Origin: Malacoraja senta
Lineage: Eukaryota
Assembly: GCA_038087875.1 (NCBI GenBank)
Contig: CM075991.1
Location: 124,001-188,000 of the forward strand
Length of the DNA stretch: 64,000 nt
Direction of reading: 5' to 3'
Part shown: in pieces, positions 12,534 to 25,232 of the stretch
How positions within the stretch are numbered: position 1 is the first letter of the stretch
Layout: each line of letters begins with the position of its first letter
Made by a program: the position numbers and the translations under genes
Notes under the pieces: generated by a model
Seen by the model: the letters and a program-made list of their open reading frames with translations, nothing else
Told to the model about the DNA's origin: nothing
Database searches by the model: none

Positions 12534-13589
12534 ATGTCTTTACAACGTACCCCCACCCGTGTGACACAAAAAAAAGGCGCTAAAGGGAAATCGCAGCCGG
12601 AAGAGGAAGGCCCTACAGAGACCTCGGCCTCAGTTACAACGTCGCCCCAGGAAGAACCTCCGAAGAAAACAAAACAGAAAAAGTCCGAAATGGAGGATCT
12701 TAAAGCTTTTCTCGTTGCCGAATTGAAAACCGAATTGAAAACCTTTGGAGAGAATTTTGGAGAGAAATTTAAAGAGGATCTCTACTCTTTCAAGGTAGAT
12801 TTTAAAGCAGAAATGCTTTCTACCGTTCAACAAATACTGGAAATCTGGAAAAGGACGACGGAGGAAGAAGTCAAGGATCAGATGGAAACGCTGGAAGCCA
12901 GGCTCGTTTCGGTGGAAGCGAGTGTCAATATGGATGTGGCCCCCATTCGTCACGAACTTGATCAACATAGAACAGCGATAACCGAACTTGAGAAATGGGT
13001 GGCGACAAGTGAGGAAACTGTAGCTCTACTCCTTACTGAAAACCAACGCCTCTCCGATATGGTGATCAAATTAAATGATAAATGTACCGATTTGGAGGGT
13101 CGTCAAAGACGTACGAACCTAAGAATTGTAGGGGTGAAAGAAGGAAGTGAGAAGGAAATGGGCACTCGGGATTTTGTGGCAGACCTATTACAAAAAGCCT
13201 TAAAATTGGATTACAAACCTTCACTCGGTCGAGCTCATAGAGCGCAGCGACGTCGTACACAAGATGAAGCCCATCCAAGACAAATCATCGTAAAGGTGCA
13301 ACTGGATCATGAATTTGACGATATAATGAAGAAAACTGTTCAAGGCGGACAGCTCCTTTTTGAAGGTGTGAGATTCAGTATTTACCGAGATTATCCGGCA
13401 GAAGTCTTCAAGAAAAGAGCGCTGTTCACTGAGACAAAAAGAATACTGAAGAATGTACATGGTTTGAGATACGGCCTGCTTTATCCCGCAAGACTAAGAG
13501 TCACCTACAAGTCCAAGGAGCTATTTTTTACGGACCACGAAAAAGCACTGAAATATGCCAAAGAAATCGGGAACCTGACCGCAGACTGA
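12534..13589 (+). CDS. L1 ORF1p (coiled coil, RRM, CTD), element A, intact
   Basis: Open frame containing DLEGRQRRTNLRIVGVKEG, RAHR, PRQIIVK, IYRDY, YGLLYPARLRV; first ATG at 12534. Confidence 0.9.
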   Translation: MSLQRTPTRVTQKKGAKGKSQPEEEGPTETSASVTTSPQEEPPKKTKQKKSEMEDLKAFLVAELKTELKTFGENFGEKFKEDLYSFKVDFKAEMLSTVQQILEIWKRTTEEEVKDQMETLEARLVSVEASVNMDVAPIRHELDQHRTAITELEKWVATSEETVALLLTENQRLSDMVIKLNDKCTDLEGRQRRTNLRIVGVKEGSEKEMGTRDFVADLLQKALKLDYKPSLGRAHRAQRRRTQDEAHPRQIIVKVQLDHEFDDIMKKTVQGGQLLFEGVRFSIYRDYPAEVFKKRALFTETKRILKNVHGLRYGLLYPARLRVTYKSKELFFTDHEKALKYAKEIGNLTAD

Positions 13590-14451
13590 AGAATTTACTT
13601 TACGCCTTAGGAGTCAAGGACTAACAGGACCACCAGATCTAAAAGGACCTTTAGAGTTCTTTTAAGAGCTTTAAGGACATTCGAAAACCGAAATGGACGG
13701 AGGACATTGGAGAAGACCTTTGTATTTTTTAATTTTTTTTATTTTATTAATTGTACTAATCATTGTTATTATCTGTATATTCATAACTAACTACAACTAA
13801 TACTTATTTAATATCCACATTACTACTAAAATTATTAACATCAACATTTCTCATAAAAATTTAATACTGTATATGATTGATAACAATGATTAATAACTAA
13901 TAGATTTAGCGAAGAAAATAATATAATATGCAGAGAATAATAACGTTGTGAATTTTTGATATTCTTGAATTTTTCTGCAGGGATACGTGCTTATGTATGT
14001 ATGCACATGGATATATATACATATATATATGTGTGTATGGTGTGTGTGTGTATGTATGGGTATGTATATAAGTTTGTTACTCCCAAAGAAGTTATTTGAA
14101 TGTTAGAAATAATCTTTCTTTTTCTTCGGGCACGGAGCTGGGAATTTTTTTTTCTTACAAAGGCTACGGAAGTCTTTAGAATTCTAGCCACGTTAGTGTG
14201 GCTATCACTAACTACACTAATTGTAGATGTAGTTCTTTTTCTTTCACCCTTTAGTAATCAATTCTATCACTTTTTTCACTTTAAATATTTTTATAACTCA
14301 ACGTTTGAATGGAAAAACAAGTCTAATACAAGGAGATGTGTTCGGAAGAACGATGTATATGATTTTAAATTCATCTATCTGAAGTTCGGTAGCAGGGTCA
14401 GGTTCTATGTGTTGTACGTTCTGCTCGGCTATAGACCACCTTAGAAACAAT

Positions 14452-17400
14452 ATGCAAGATGTTAATATGACAAGAGGGGGTCAGGGAATAACATTTTGTA
14501 GTTGGAATGTCAAGGGAATCAATGAACCAATTAAGAGAGGTAAAGTTTTGGCACATCTAAACCTAATCAAAACAGATATAATATTTCTCCAAGAAACGCA
14601 CCTTAAAAAGGAATCTCAACATAGACTTAAAGCTAAGTGGATCGCTGAATCATATCATTCCTCTTTTTCCCATAAATCCAGAGGAGTTGCAATATTAATT
14701 CGTAAAGGAATACATTTTACGAACTCTTCAACAATAGTGGATATTGATGGTAGATATATTATATTAGTTGGAGAGTTAAATGGTGAAAAAGTAATTCTTC
14801 TCAATGTATATGGGCCTAACTTTGATAACCCCATGTTTTTTAATAAAACATTTAATAAAATTCCTGAATTTACACAATATAAATTAATAATTGGAGGAGA
14901 CTTCAACTGTACATTAGATTCATACTTAGATAGATCTTCAAGGCAAAAAAAAGTAAAATCTCAATCAAGTGTATTTTTAAATTCATTTATTAATACCACT
15001 AATATTAAGGATGTCTGGAGAATAGAAAACCCAACTGGACGGGAATACTCATTTTACTCACCAGTACATAAAACATACTCAAGAATAGATTATTTTTTGG
15101 TTGACTCTAGGTTTATCCCATTTATTTATAATTCAAAATATCATAACATTATAATCTCAGATCACGCACCTGTAACATTCATGATTAAATTAAATGGAAT
15201 GTCTGAGAAACAAACATATTGGAGATTCAACCCACAAATTTTGAACGAAAGATCATGCCAGGAATATATTATTAAACAGATTCAAATATTTTTTGAGGTA
15301 AATGACAACCCTGACACACCTACTTCTCTTATGTGGGAAACGTTTAAAGCGTTTGTTCGTGGTGCATTAATCTCTGCTCAAGTATTTTATAATAAAGAGA
15401 ACAGGATTAAACAACAAACATTGGAAAGTGAAATCAAGCAACTAGATATAGAAAATGCGAGAATGCCATCTATTTTAAAACATAATAAAATTGCTGTATT
15501 AAAATATAAATTAAATAAAATGTATTCAGAACAAGTAATAAAACTTTATCAAAAAACCAAACAATTACATTTTGAATTTGGAGACAAACCACAAAAACTA
15601 TTATCACGTCAGTTACGAAAAATGGAAGGGGAAAAAATAATTCATAAAATTAGAACAGAGACAGGAGAATTATTAAAAATGCCTAAGGACATAAATGATA
15701 GATTTCTCCAATACTATCATAACCTTTATTCAACTAAAACCGTAGGACAATCAGAAGAAATAGCAGATTTTTTACTAAAATGTAATTTAAAAGGTTTAGA
15801 TTCAAACGATAGAGAATTATTAGAAAAGGAGATTACCATAAAAGATATTGAGGAGTCTATCGGCTCTTTAAAAAATGGTAAAGCAGTAGGACCAGATGGT
15901 TTAGGCTCCGAATTTTATTAAAAATTTCATGACTTGCTTTGCCCACGTTTACAAAGATTGTATGAGTATATCTATACTCAACAGAAACTTCCAGACACTT
16001 TAAATGAATCTATAATAACACTTATTCCTAAAGCTGATAAAGATCCGGAAGACCCGGGATCATATAGAGCAATCGCACTTTTAAATACAGATCAGAAAAT
16101 ATTAACTAAAATACTAGCGAATAGATTAAGTACAGTGATGAATAAATTAATACACCCTGACCAAACAGGCTTTATTCAGAAGCGGTACTCATATTATAAT
16201 CTAAGAAGATTATTTAATATTATATATTCCAAGAGAAATATTAAGGAAGATCTAGCAATAATCTCACTTGACGCTGAAAAAGCATTTGATCAGGTCGAAT
16301 GGTCTTATTTATTTTCGGTGATGGAAAATATGCAGTTAGGGGAGAAATTCTGTACATGGATAAAACTGTTATATACAAATCCCACGGCTAGAATATTTAC
16401 AAACCAAAGGTTGTCATCTAAATTTAGTCTATCTAGAGGTTGTAGACAAGGATGCCCGTTATCTCCATTATTATTTGCGCTTGCTATTGAGCCACTTGCA
16501 GAAAGAGTCAGGGGGCATCCGGAAATACACGGATATAACACAAAGGATACAGTGAATAAAATGTCTTTATACGCAGATGATGTATTAATTTACATTACAA
16601 AACCAGAAATTAGTATTCCAAACTTATTTAAGCTAATAACCCAATTTGGTTCACTTTCAGGATACAGAATAAATTGGAATAAAAGTGAAATTATGCCAAT
16701 AAGGGAACATAACAAACAGATAATACAACAATTTCCATTTAAAATAGTAAAGGAAAAATTTAAATATCTAGGTATTTATATAACTAAGAAATATACATCA
16801 TTATTTAAAGCAAATTTTCCACCATTACTAAATAAACTACATAAGAATATTCAATACTGGAAAACACTTCCTATCTCAATGGTAGGCAAAATTAATGCCA
16901 TAAAAATGATTTTTTTACCGCAAATATTATACCTTTTTCAGACAATTCCGATATATCTGGCAAAAACCTTTTTAAAAAAACTGGATTCTATTGTTAATGA
17001 TTTCATCTGGGATTATAAGAATCATAGGATAAACAAAAGACATTTGTGTAAATCAAAAATGAATGGAGGCTTGGTTTTACCCAACTTTTTGTTTTATTTC
17101 TGGGCAGTTAATATTAAAAATATGAATTTCTGGTTGGAAGAAATAGATCATCAGCCAGACTGGTTAAAAATGGAAAAGGAAGATTGTTTACCTTTTGATA
17201 TCGGTTCGATTTTATTTGCTACGTCTAAATTAAACAAAAAAATTTATAGGGAAAACCCTATAATATTTAGTGCTATACGAATTTGGAAACAATTAAAAAA
17301 GACATTAAAATTAGATAATTTATCACTTTTTCTTCCAATTGTGAATAACCCCTTGTTTAAGCCTTCATGGTTGGACGGGGGTTTTACACAATGGAAGAAT

Positions 17401-18266
17401 TATGGAATTAAAAATATGGGACAACTTTACAAGGAAGGCACTTTTCTGACATTTCAGGAGTTGCAACAGACTTACGGACTTCGAGGAAATGATTACTTCA
17501 GATATCTTCAACTTAGAGATTATGTAAAATCAAATACTCAAAATTTTCGAATTAGAAATTCAGAAATTCTTGATGAATGTTGGAACAAACATCCTCATAC
17601 AGAAAAATTAATATCTTATATATATAATATCTTATTAGACAATGACATTCCATCCACGGACTTACATAGACAAACATGGGAAAAAGAATTAAATCAAATA
17701 ATAACGAAAGATACTTGGGAAGAAAGTTTGCAACACATACATCAATGTTCATTAAATGCCAGACATTCTCTAATACAATTCAAAGTAATACATAGGTTAC
17801 ATTATTCCAAAACAAAACTACATAAAATTTTTCAACATATCTCACCTATATGTGATAAATGTCAACATTTAGAAGCTACCTTATCTCATATGTTTGCAAA
17901 CTGTATAAAAATTAAACAATTCTGGGTAAATATTTTCAGTATAATATCTAAAGTAACCAGCACAAAATTGGACCCAGATCCAAAATTAATAATACTTGGA
18001 ATATTAGAATTAAATCAAACATTAAAATAACACAAAGAAACTTTATTGATTATAGTTTAATAACAGGAAAAAAATTAATTCTAAAATTTTGGAAAGGCCC
18101 TACGACCCCCACAATTAAAATGTGGATTATAGAAATGACGGAGACCTTAAATGTGGAAAGAATCAGACTCCCCCTGTTGGATAAACAGGAATTATTCGTT
18201 GGAACATGGTCTCCTTTTATTGACTACCTAAAGGGCCAGAACAGTTCAGCACAGGAACCTGACTAG
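14452..18266 (+). pseudogene. L1 ORF2p (EN, RT, C-terminal Cys/His motif), element A; one in-frame stop and one frameshift
   Basis: SWNVKG, FLQETH, GGDFN, SRIDY, SDH; QGCPLSP, YADD; CDKC..H..C. TAA at 15919-15921 with the same frame continuing; 1-nt shift at about 18028; ends TAG 18264-18266. Confidence 0.9.
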
Positions 18267-18758
18267 CACCCGGGCTAAAGAATGGATGAAACGCTATATC
18301 TAGAAATGTACGAATATATCTCGAATGAAGTTTTCTATTTCAATAAATTTTTCCATTCTTCTTTAACTATCTTTTTTTTCTTTTTTTTTTTTTATTATTT
18401 TTTTTTTTTTTTTTCTTCTCTTTTTTCTCTTTCTTTACTTCACCTTTCTCTTTAGTTCTATTTAGCTTAAAAAAAAAAAGCAAAAGGTATTGGAGACATT
18501 GTAATAATATTTAACAATATTATCAATTTAATAATGTAAGACTGTAATGATGTAACTAGGTCGTGTACGCATCTCCAATAAAAAAAATATTTAAAAAAAA
18601 AAAAAAAAAAAAAAGAAAAGAAAAAAAACAAAAGGCGTAAAAGAAAAAAGAAAAAAGAAAGTAAGATTGGACATTATGAGAGGGATGTACCTACTTCTTA
18701 TCTTTACTCACCCCTCGCCAGGTCCTAAAACCATTTATTATCAACATTTTGTTGCACC

Positions 18759-21700
18759 CTATGTTTGTAATAAGTCGATATATGGAGACCAAATCTTTTG
18801 GAATTGGTCTTGTTTACCTGCTAGCAGGAATCTCATATCTTCTAGGTGTAACAATTCCGACATATTAGAAGTCCACATTTTTTATTGTTGGCGTAGGAGC
18901 ATTTTTCCAAAATTTCAGTATCAGTTATTTTGCCGTTATTAAGCCATAATTAAGAAAACTCCTTTGAAACGAAGTCAGCTCCAAACTTGCTTCTATTGTT
19001 CCAAAAATAATCAATTCTGCATTCGGTTTCAGTTTTATTTTAAATAATTTAGTGAAAATCTCAAAAATTTCACACCAAAACTTTTGAATTTTTATACAAA
19101 AAAACAAAAGAATGTGCTATAGTTGATTCTTGGACTAGGCATTTATCACAGATAGCAGAGGTATTGGGGTAAAATTTACTTAATTTAGCTTTTGAATAGT
19201 ATAATCTATGTAAAATTTTTAATTGAATCAGAATATGTCTTACGTTAATTGAGCATTTATGCACATATAATAGGTGTTTATCCCAACTCTCTTTCGAGAT
19301 TTTTATAGCTAGTTCCTGTTCCCATTCTCTTCTAATCCCATCCGATGACGGAATTTCTATGTTTAAAATGGAATTGTATGGGTATGATATTAAATTAGCT
19401 GATTCCGCTTTTATATTCATTATCCCATCTAATAGGTCAGGAGACATATTTTGATATTCTCGTGTATACTTTTTCAAATAGTCACGTATTTGAAAATATT
19501 TGAAATATTGATTACTATTCAGGTTGTATTTAAGTTGTAGTTGGTGAAATGTTAAAAAAACTTCCATTATCATACATATCTCCAAACGTTTTAATTCCTA
19601 CTCTTTCCCAATTTATAAAAGCTCTATCTATCATAGAAGGTTTAAACGAAGGGTTATTCATTATAGGTGAGAGAAGTGATAGATTTCTTAATTTTAACGT
19701 TAATTTTATTTGTTTCCAAATTCTAATTGTACTATGAATAATTGGATTTTTACTATATATTGTATTCTTCATTTTTGTTGGTGAGAGAAGGATCGCTCCT
19801 ATATTAAAAGGGGAACAGTGCTCTCTCTCCATTACTATCCACTCCACCTGCTGGGCCGAATTATCCAACAGGTGAATCATATTTTAGACATTTGTGGCCC
19901 AATAATAATATTAAAAATTGGGGAGTGATAATCCACCAAATTCTTTAGGTTTACACAAATGTTTTCTTTGGATTCTGTGGAATTTATAGTCCCATATAAA
20001 GTTTGTAATATCAGCATCCAATTTTTTTTTTTTAAATTTTGGTAAGTATATTGACTGGAATAGATATAAAATTTGTGGTAAAAAGATCATTTTTATAGCA
20101 TTTATTCGGCGAGAGGGTTTTCCAGAATTTCATCAGTGTGTTTAGTTTATTGAGTAAGGGCATATAGTTTGCATTAAATAGAGATTTATATTTTCTAGTA
20201 ATTTCAATTCCCAAATATTTAAATTTTTCTGAAGCGATTTTAAAAGGGAATTTTAACAGGTGTGTCGGTTCTTGAGGTTTAATCGTCATAATTTCACTTT
20301 TATTCCAATTTATTCTATATCCTGAAAAGGATCCAAATTCCTCTATTAAATTTAATATATTTGGTATACTAATTTGTGATTTTGTGATATATAGTAGTAC
20401 ATCATCTGCATATAAAGATATCTTATTATTTGAGTATTTTGTATTGTACCCATGAATGTTCGGATGTATCCTAATACTTTCCGCTAACGGTTCTATTACA
20501 AGAGCAAATAGCAGAGGTGATAATGAACAACCCTGTCTATTTCCCCTTAATAACTGAAATTTCGAGGACAAAATATTATTAGTTAATATTCTGGCAGTAG
20601 GCCTATCATATAATAATTTTACCCAAGCGATAAAATTCGCTCCCACTTGAAATTTTTGCAGTACTTTAACCATATAATCCCATTCCACTTGATCAAATGC
20701 TTTTTCTGCGTCCAGTGAAATAATTGATAAGTATTGTTCTTCGGTTTTATGTGAGTGCATTATATTAAACAGACGTCTCAGGTTATTGCTTGAGTATCTC
20801 TTGGGTATAAACCCTGTTTGATCCGGATTTATTAATTTACTAACATAGTTACTTAATCTTCTAGCTAATGTTTTCGCTAATATTTTTTGATCTGTATTTA
20901 ACAGTGCAATAGCTCTATAAGAACCCGGATCTTCTAAATCTTTACCTTTTTTAGGTATAAGTGTAATCGTTGATTCCGCTAATCTTTATGGAAGTGTATG
21001 TTCTTTAAAAGCATATGTATACATTTTGTGTAGTCGTGGTGTAATTATCTCGTAAAATCTTTTATAAAATTCATTACTAAAACCATCTGGTCCCGGTGTT
21101 TTTCCATTCTTTAAAGTATTTATTGTTTCTTCTATTTCCTTAGTTGAGACTTGTGCACCTAATTCCTCTTGTTCACTCAAATTGAGTTTTGGGAGATTAC
21201 AATTATCCAGAAACTCTCTAACTTTGGTACTATCTGCTACCGCTTTCGATGTATATAAGTTTTGATAAAATTGAGCGAATCTTTTATTAATATCCTTAGG
21301 TAGTGTTATCAATTCCCCTTTATCTGATTTAATCTTTAAAATCGTGTGATCCTTTTCCCGTTTTTTCAGTTGTCGAGCCAGAAGTTTGTGTGGTTTATCC
21401 CCAAATTCAAAATTTTCCTGTTTTGTAATTTGAAATAATCTAATAACATTTGCTGATAATATTTTGTTTAATTTAAATTTCATTATTGTTAATTTATTAT
21501 GTTTGTCTATAGTAGGCTCTTTAGCATTATCTAATTCCAATTCTCTAATTCGTTCTTCTAACTGTCTTTGTTCTTTCTTATTCCTTTTATTTAAAAAAGC
21601 TTGGTATGAGATTATAGATCCTCTAATAACTGCTTTGAATGATTCCCATAGTAGAACTGGTGAGGTCTCTGGGGTGTCATTATTCTTTTAAAAAAGTTCC

Positions 21701-22532
21701 ATCTGTTGTTTTTAATATATTTCCCCTTGTGGGTCATTTAAGATTTGAGGATTAAACCTCCAAAACGATTTATTAGAAGGCATTCCTTCTAATTTAAAAA
21801 AAAAGTTAACGGGGAGTGATCAGAAATTATACTATTGTGATATTTTGGATTCAATATATCGGGAATTAGTTTTGTATCCACTAAAAAATAGTCGATACGT
21901 GAATAAGTTTTATGTACCATTGAATAAAACGAGTATTCCCTTCCGACAGGGTTAGCGATCCTCCAAACGTCTGTTATATTTTTATTTTTTATGTAAATAT
22001 TTAAGATTTCCCTGGTTTTAGATTTTGTATTGCCCCTGCTCTGTTGTGAAGATTTATCCAAATATGGATCTAAAACACAGTTAAAATCTCCCCCGATTAT
22101 CACATTTTGATAATTGAACTCTGTAATTATATTCAAGATTTTATTTTAAAATTGAGGATTATCAAAATTAGGCGCATAAATATTTACCAAGGTAATTGGG
22201 GTAGCATGAATCTCTCCGGTTACTATAAAGTATCTCCCTTCCTTATCTGTTATGATATTCTTCGATTTAAATGGTATACCTTTTCGAATAATAATTGCTG
22301 TGCCTCTAGCTTTGGAAATATATGAAGATTGGTATGTTTAGCCTATCCAGTTTGCCTTCAATCTGGCTTGAGCTTGCAGTTTCAAGTGCGTTTCTTGTAG
22401 AAATATTATGTCCGTATTGAGTGACTTCAATTGTGCAAAAATCGTACCCCTTTTAATTGGATCATTAGTACCCCTAATATTCCAACTGCAGAATGTGATT
22501 CCTCCAAATTTCTTTTGTTTATCGTCTTGCAT
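18759..22532 (-). pseudogene. L1 ORF2p, element B, multiply disrupted
   Basis: Fragments MQDDK..SWNIRG..FLQETH, GGDFN..SRIDY..SDH, PGPDGF, DAEKAFD..YADD, CDKC..H. Confidence 0.88.
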
Positions 22533-24188
22533 TTTGAATTATTTAATTCCTTTTAAACATGTGGTGCAACCCATACCTTAGGTCTCTGGCTGTTGGGCGA
22601 GCATTTGCAATATTAAATTCAGTTATTACATCCCTCTCAAAATTGTCCTTAAGCAAAGAAACAAAAAAAGTATACATTATTGTGACATTTTAAAAAAATC
22701 AAAAAGGTGAGGTTACAGTGTCTAAAAATGACGACACTTTAACCAATTATCCACCTAATGGTGGTAGTTACACAATTAATGACTTCCGTAGTTGTTAATC
22801 TACATTTAGCTCCGTCCCCTTGAATAATCTTACAAAATGGAGTTGGGACCCATTCAAAGCCAGATTTTATGTGTCAGCCTTAAAGGTCTGTCTCACGAAT
22901 CTGCGGTCATTGGCGGCGAAACGGGAAGAATCTGCCGCCATAGACCGCGCACTCGTGAGAAAGAACAATTCCCGGGCCGTGCGACGGTGTTCCCAACACC
23001 GCGCGGTGCAAAAATAAAATCGACAATGTCGAAAACACTATACTCACCGCACAACCTCCACCAGTGATGCACGAGTGCGCACGGCCGCTCGCACGGGCTG
23101 CCGCCAGTGTGGGTTGAGCGCCGTGCGTCAAACCTCCTCTGCCACAGCCTCCGCCAGTGACGCACGTGCCGCCGCCAGTGAGGCACGTGTGCTGCGCGGC
23201 CGCAGGCACAGCCACCGCTACAGCGCCGCGATCAGGATGGCCGCCGCCACAGCCGCCGCTGGTGAGTCACGTGCGGGGGGCCGACGTCATCGCAGTCGGC
23301 CCGCCCTTTTTTTACTTACCGCAAGCACGTGGGACCCGCCGTGTTTGAATTAACTCGGCCCCCGCGCAACATCCGTGCGGCGCTCCGGTGGATAGGCTCG
23401 ACGCTCTCGCCGTTGCCGCGCGGTCCTCGCTACCGTCTACACCGCGCTTCACCGCCGATGACCGCAAACAGGTAAGACACGGCCTTTACCGTATCTACCA
23501 TATCTATATATTTAAATAAATCTTCTCTAATCTCCAAACTTATCTACCATTTACTTATGTTAACAATTATTACATTTTCTTCCCCTGCCTTTGGTTGGAA
23601 GGGGTTAACCCGATTCAGGCACCTGGCTGTTTGCCAAGATTCTGAATCTCCTCACCTCCTTCCACACAAAATTTGAACTGCAGCCTATCATAATTTCTAA
23701 ATTAAATTTTTAGTCTGTTGTAAATCTATTTCCTTATATTTAGCCACCCACCTCCCCTACCCGGGGGGGTCAATCCTTATAATGGATTATTACATTTTTA
23801 TCAATTAAGCAATTCAATTTTAAATCAATTACTATTACTGTTAGTGTGTTAATTTCAATAACTTTAATTACTATTACTATATTAGTTCAATAGTTTTAGT
23901 GTTAGTATGGAATTAGTGTAGGGATAAAATTTTAACACTTTCATTCAGGAATTTTTCTTTTCCAATACGTCTTCGTTAGGTTCCTCATTCAGCCACGCCA
24001 TTGTTATTCCATCTTTCGCTCATGTTGGAGCCGAAAATGACCTTGAGATAAGAGTGTCTAGACAGCTGCACATGGAGAAGCTGCGCCATCTTAATCCTTT
24101 TTAAAAGTTTTAAAAGTTATTTCTATCGACCTTCCCTCAGCCGTTGTCTGAAGAATAAAAACCTTGTCTTGAGGATGTGATGTTTTAC

Positions 24189-25232
24189 TTAAGCATCTAT
24201 TTCTTTTAAGATGTCTTGAGCGTATTTGTAAGCAGCTTCTGGATCGTTAAACTTACGTTCGGTACCATTATAAGTAATGATCATCTTAGCTGGATAAATT
24301 ATTCCATATCTGATTTCCCTGTGCCCTTTCAAGATCTGTTGTGTATTTTTAAACACTTCTCGTTTTTTAGCAATTTCACAAGGATAGTCTCTAAAAAGTT
24401 TGATAGTGTCCGTCCCAAACTTCATGATATTTCCATATTGAATTTTTCTCATGGACTCTTCCAAAGCTGAAATGTCTCGAAATTTCACAATGATCTGTCG
24501 TGGGGGAGCTCCTCCTGTTTGTGCCCTTGATTTTGCCCGTTTCACCCGGTGTGCCCCTTCTATTTTCGGTTTAGCTGGCAGGTCAAGTATATGTTTAAGT
24601 AAGTTGGTAGTGTACTCTCGGGGCTCATTCCCCTCCGCTCCTTCTGTCACTCCAACTATTCTTAAATTCTGCCATTTTGACTGTGCTTCCAAATCAAGGC
24701 ATTTATCCGACGTTTTAGCCAGCTGACCCACGACACATACATAATCCTTCTTAATTTTCTGCATTTCTTCAGCCATTTGTAACATTGCTATTTCCATATC
24801 TTTCATGGTAGTACAACATGTTGTAACAGTTTGGTGGACCGCATCCAGCTTATTAGTACAACCTTCTTCCACCTTATCAATTTTCAAAGTTAATTCACCA
24901 TGCACATCGTCAATTCGTTTATTTATATTGCCGATTGAATCAATTACATTCTGATTCCCAGTGTTCATGTTCTTCATCATGCTCTCCATCATACTTTTAT
25001 TACATGCCAAAAGTTCATTTTTTAAGTCACTCACCGATGTCTTAATGTCCTCTAGCTCTTTAGCCTTTAAAACTTTTTCAGCCGTTTCAGCCTTTGATCT
25101 TGTAGTCATTTTCAAGGCTAGTTCAGCAATTACTTCTTCAGGTTTTTGAATTTTTTCAGGTGGTGACTGTTTTTCCAGAAGTTGCTTGGAGACAGATCTC
25201 TGAGTGCTCTGACAGGGAGTCGTTCTTATCAT
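24189..25232 (-). CDS. L1 ORF1p, element B, intact
   Basis: 347 aa open frame; DLEAQSKWQNLRIVGVTEG, GAHR, PRQIIVKF, FRDY, YGIIYPAKM. Confidence 0.9.
   Translation of the reverse strand: MIRTTPCQSTQRSVSKQLLEKQSPPEKIQKPEEVIAELALKMTTRSKAETAEKVLKAKELEDIKTSVSDLKNELLACNKSMMESMMKNMNTGNQNVIDSIGNINKRIDDVHGELTLKIDKVEEGCTNKLDAVHQTVTTCCTTMKDMEIAMLQMAEEMQKIKKDYVCVVGQLAKTSDKCLDLEAQSKWQNLRIVGVTEGAEGNEPREYTTNLLKHILDLPAKPKIEGAHRVKRAKSRAQTGGAPPRQIIVKFRDISALEESMRKIQYGNIMKFGTDTIKLFRDYPCEIAKKREVFKNTQQILKGHREIRYGIIYPAKMIITYNGTERKFNDPEAAYKYAQDILKEIDA

Larger units (their letters stand above)
12381..18614 (+). mobile_element. Full-length L1-clade element A inserted antiparallel in the 3' UTR of element B
   Basis: Starts ACTTCCGGTGG; ORF1; spacer of about 860 bp; ORF2; T-rich 3' UTR; AATAAA 18577-18582; poly(A) 18593-18614. 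Confidence 0.92.

Noticed and set aside
22893..23353. Overlapping short ORFs in the L1 spacer as a third L1 protein
   Set aside because: They are open in several frames because of high GC; low complexity and no recognisable domain.
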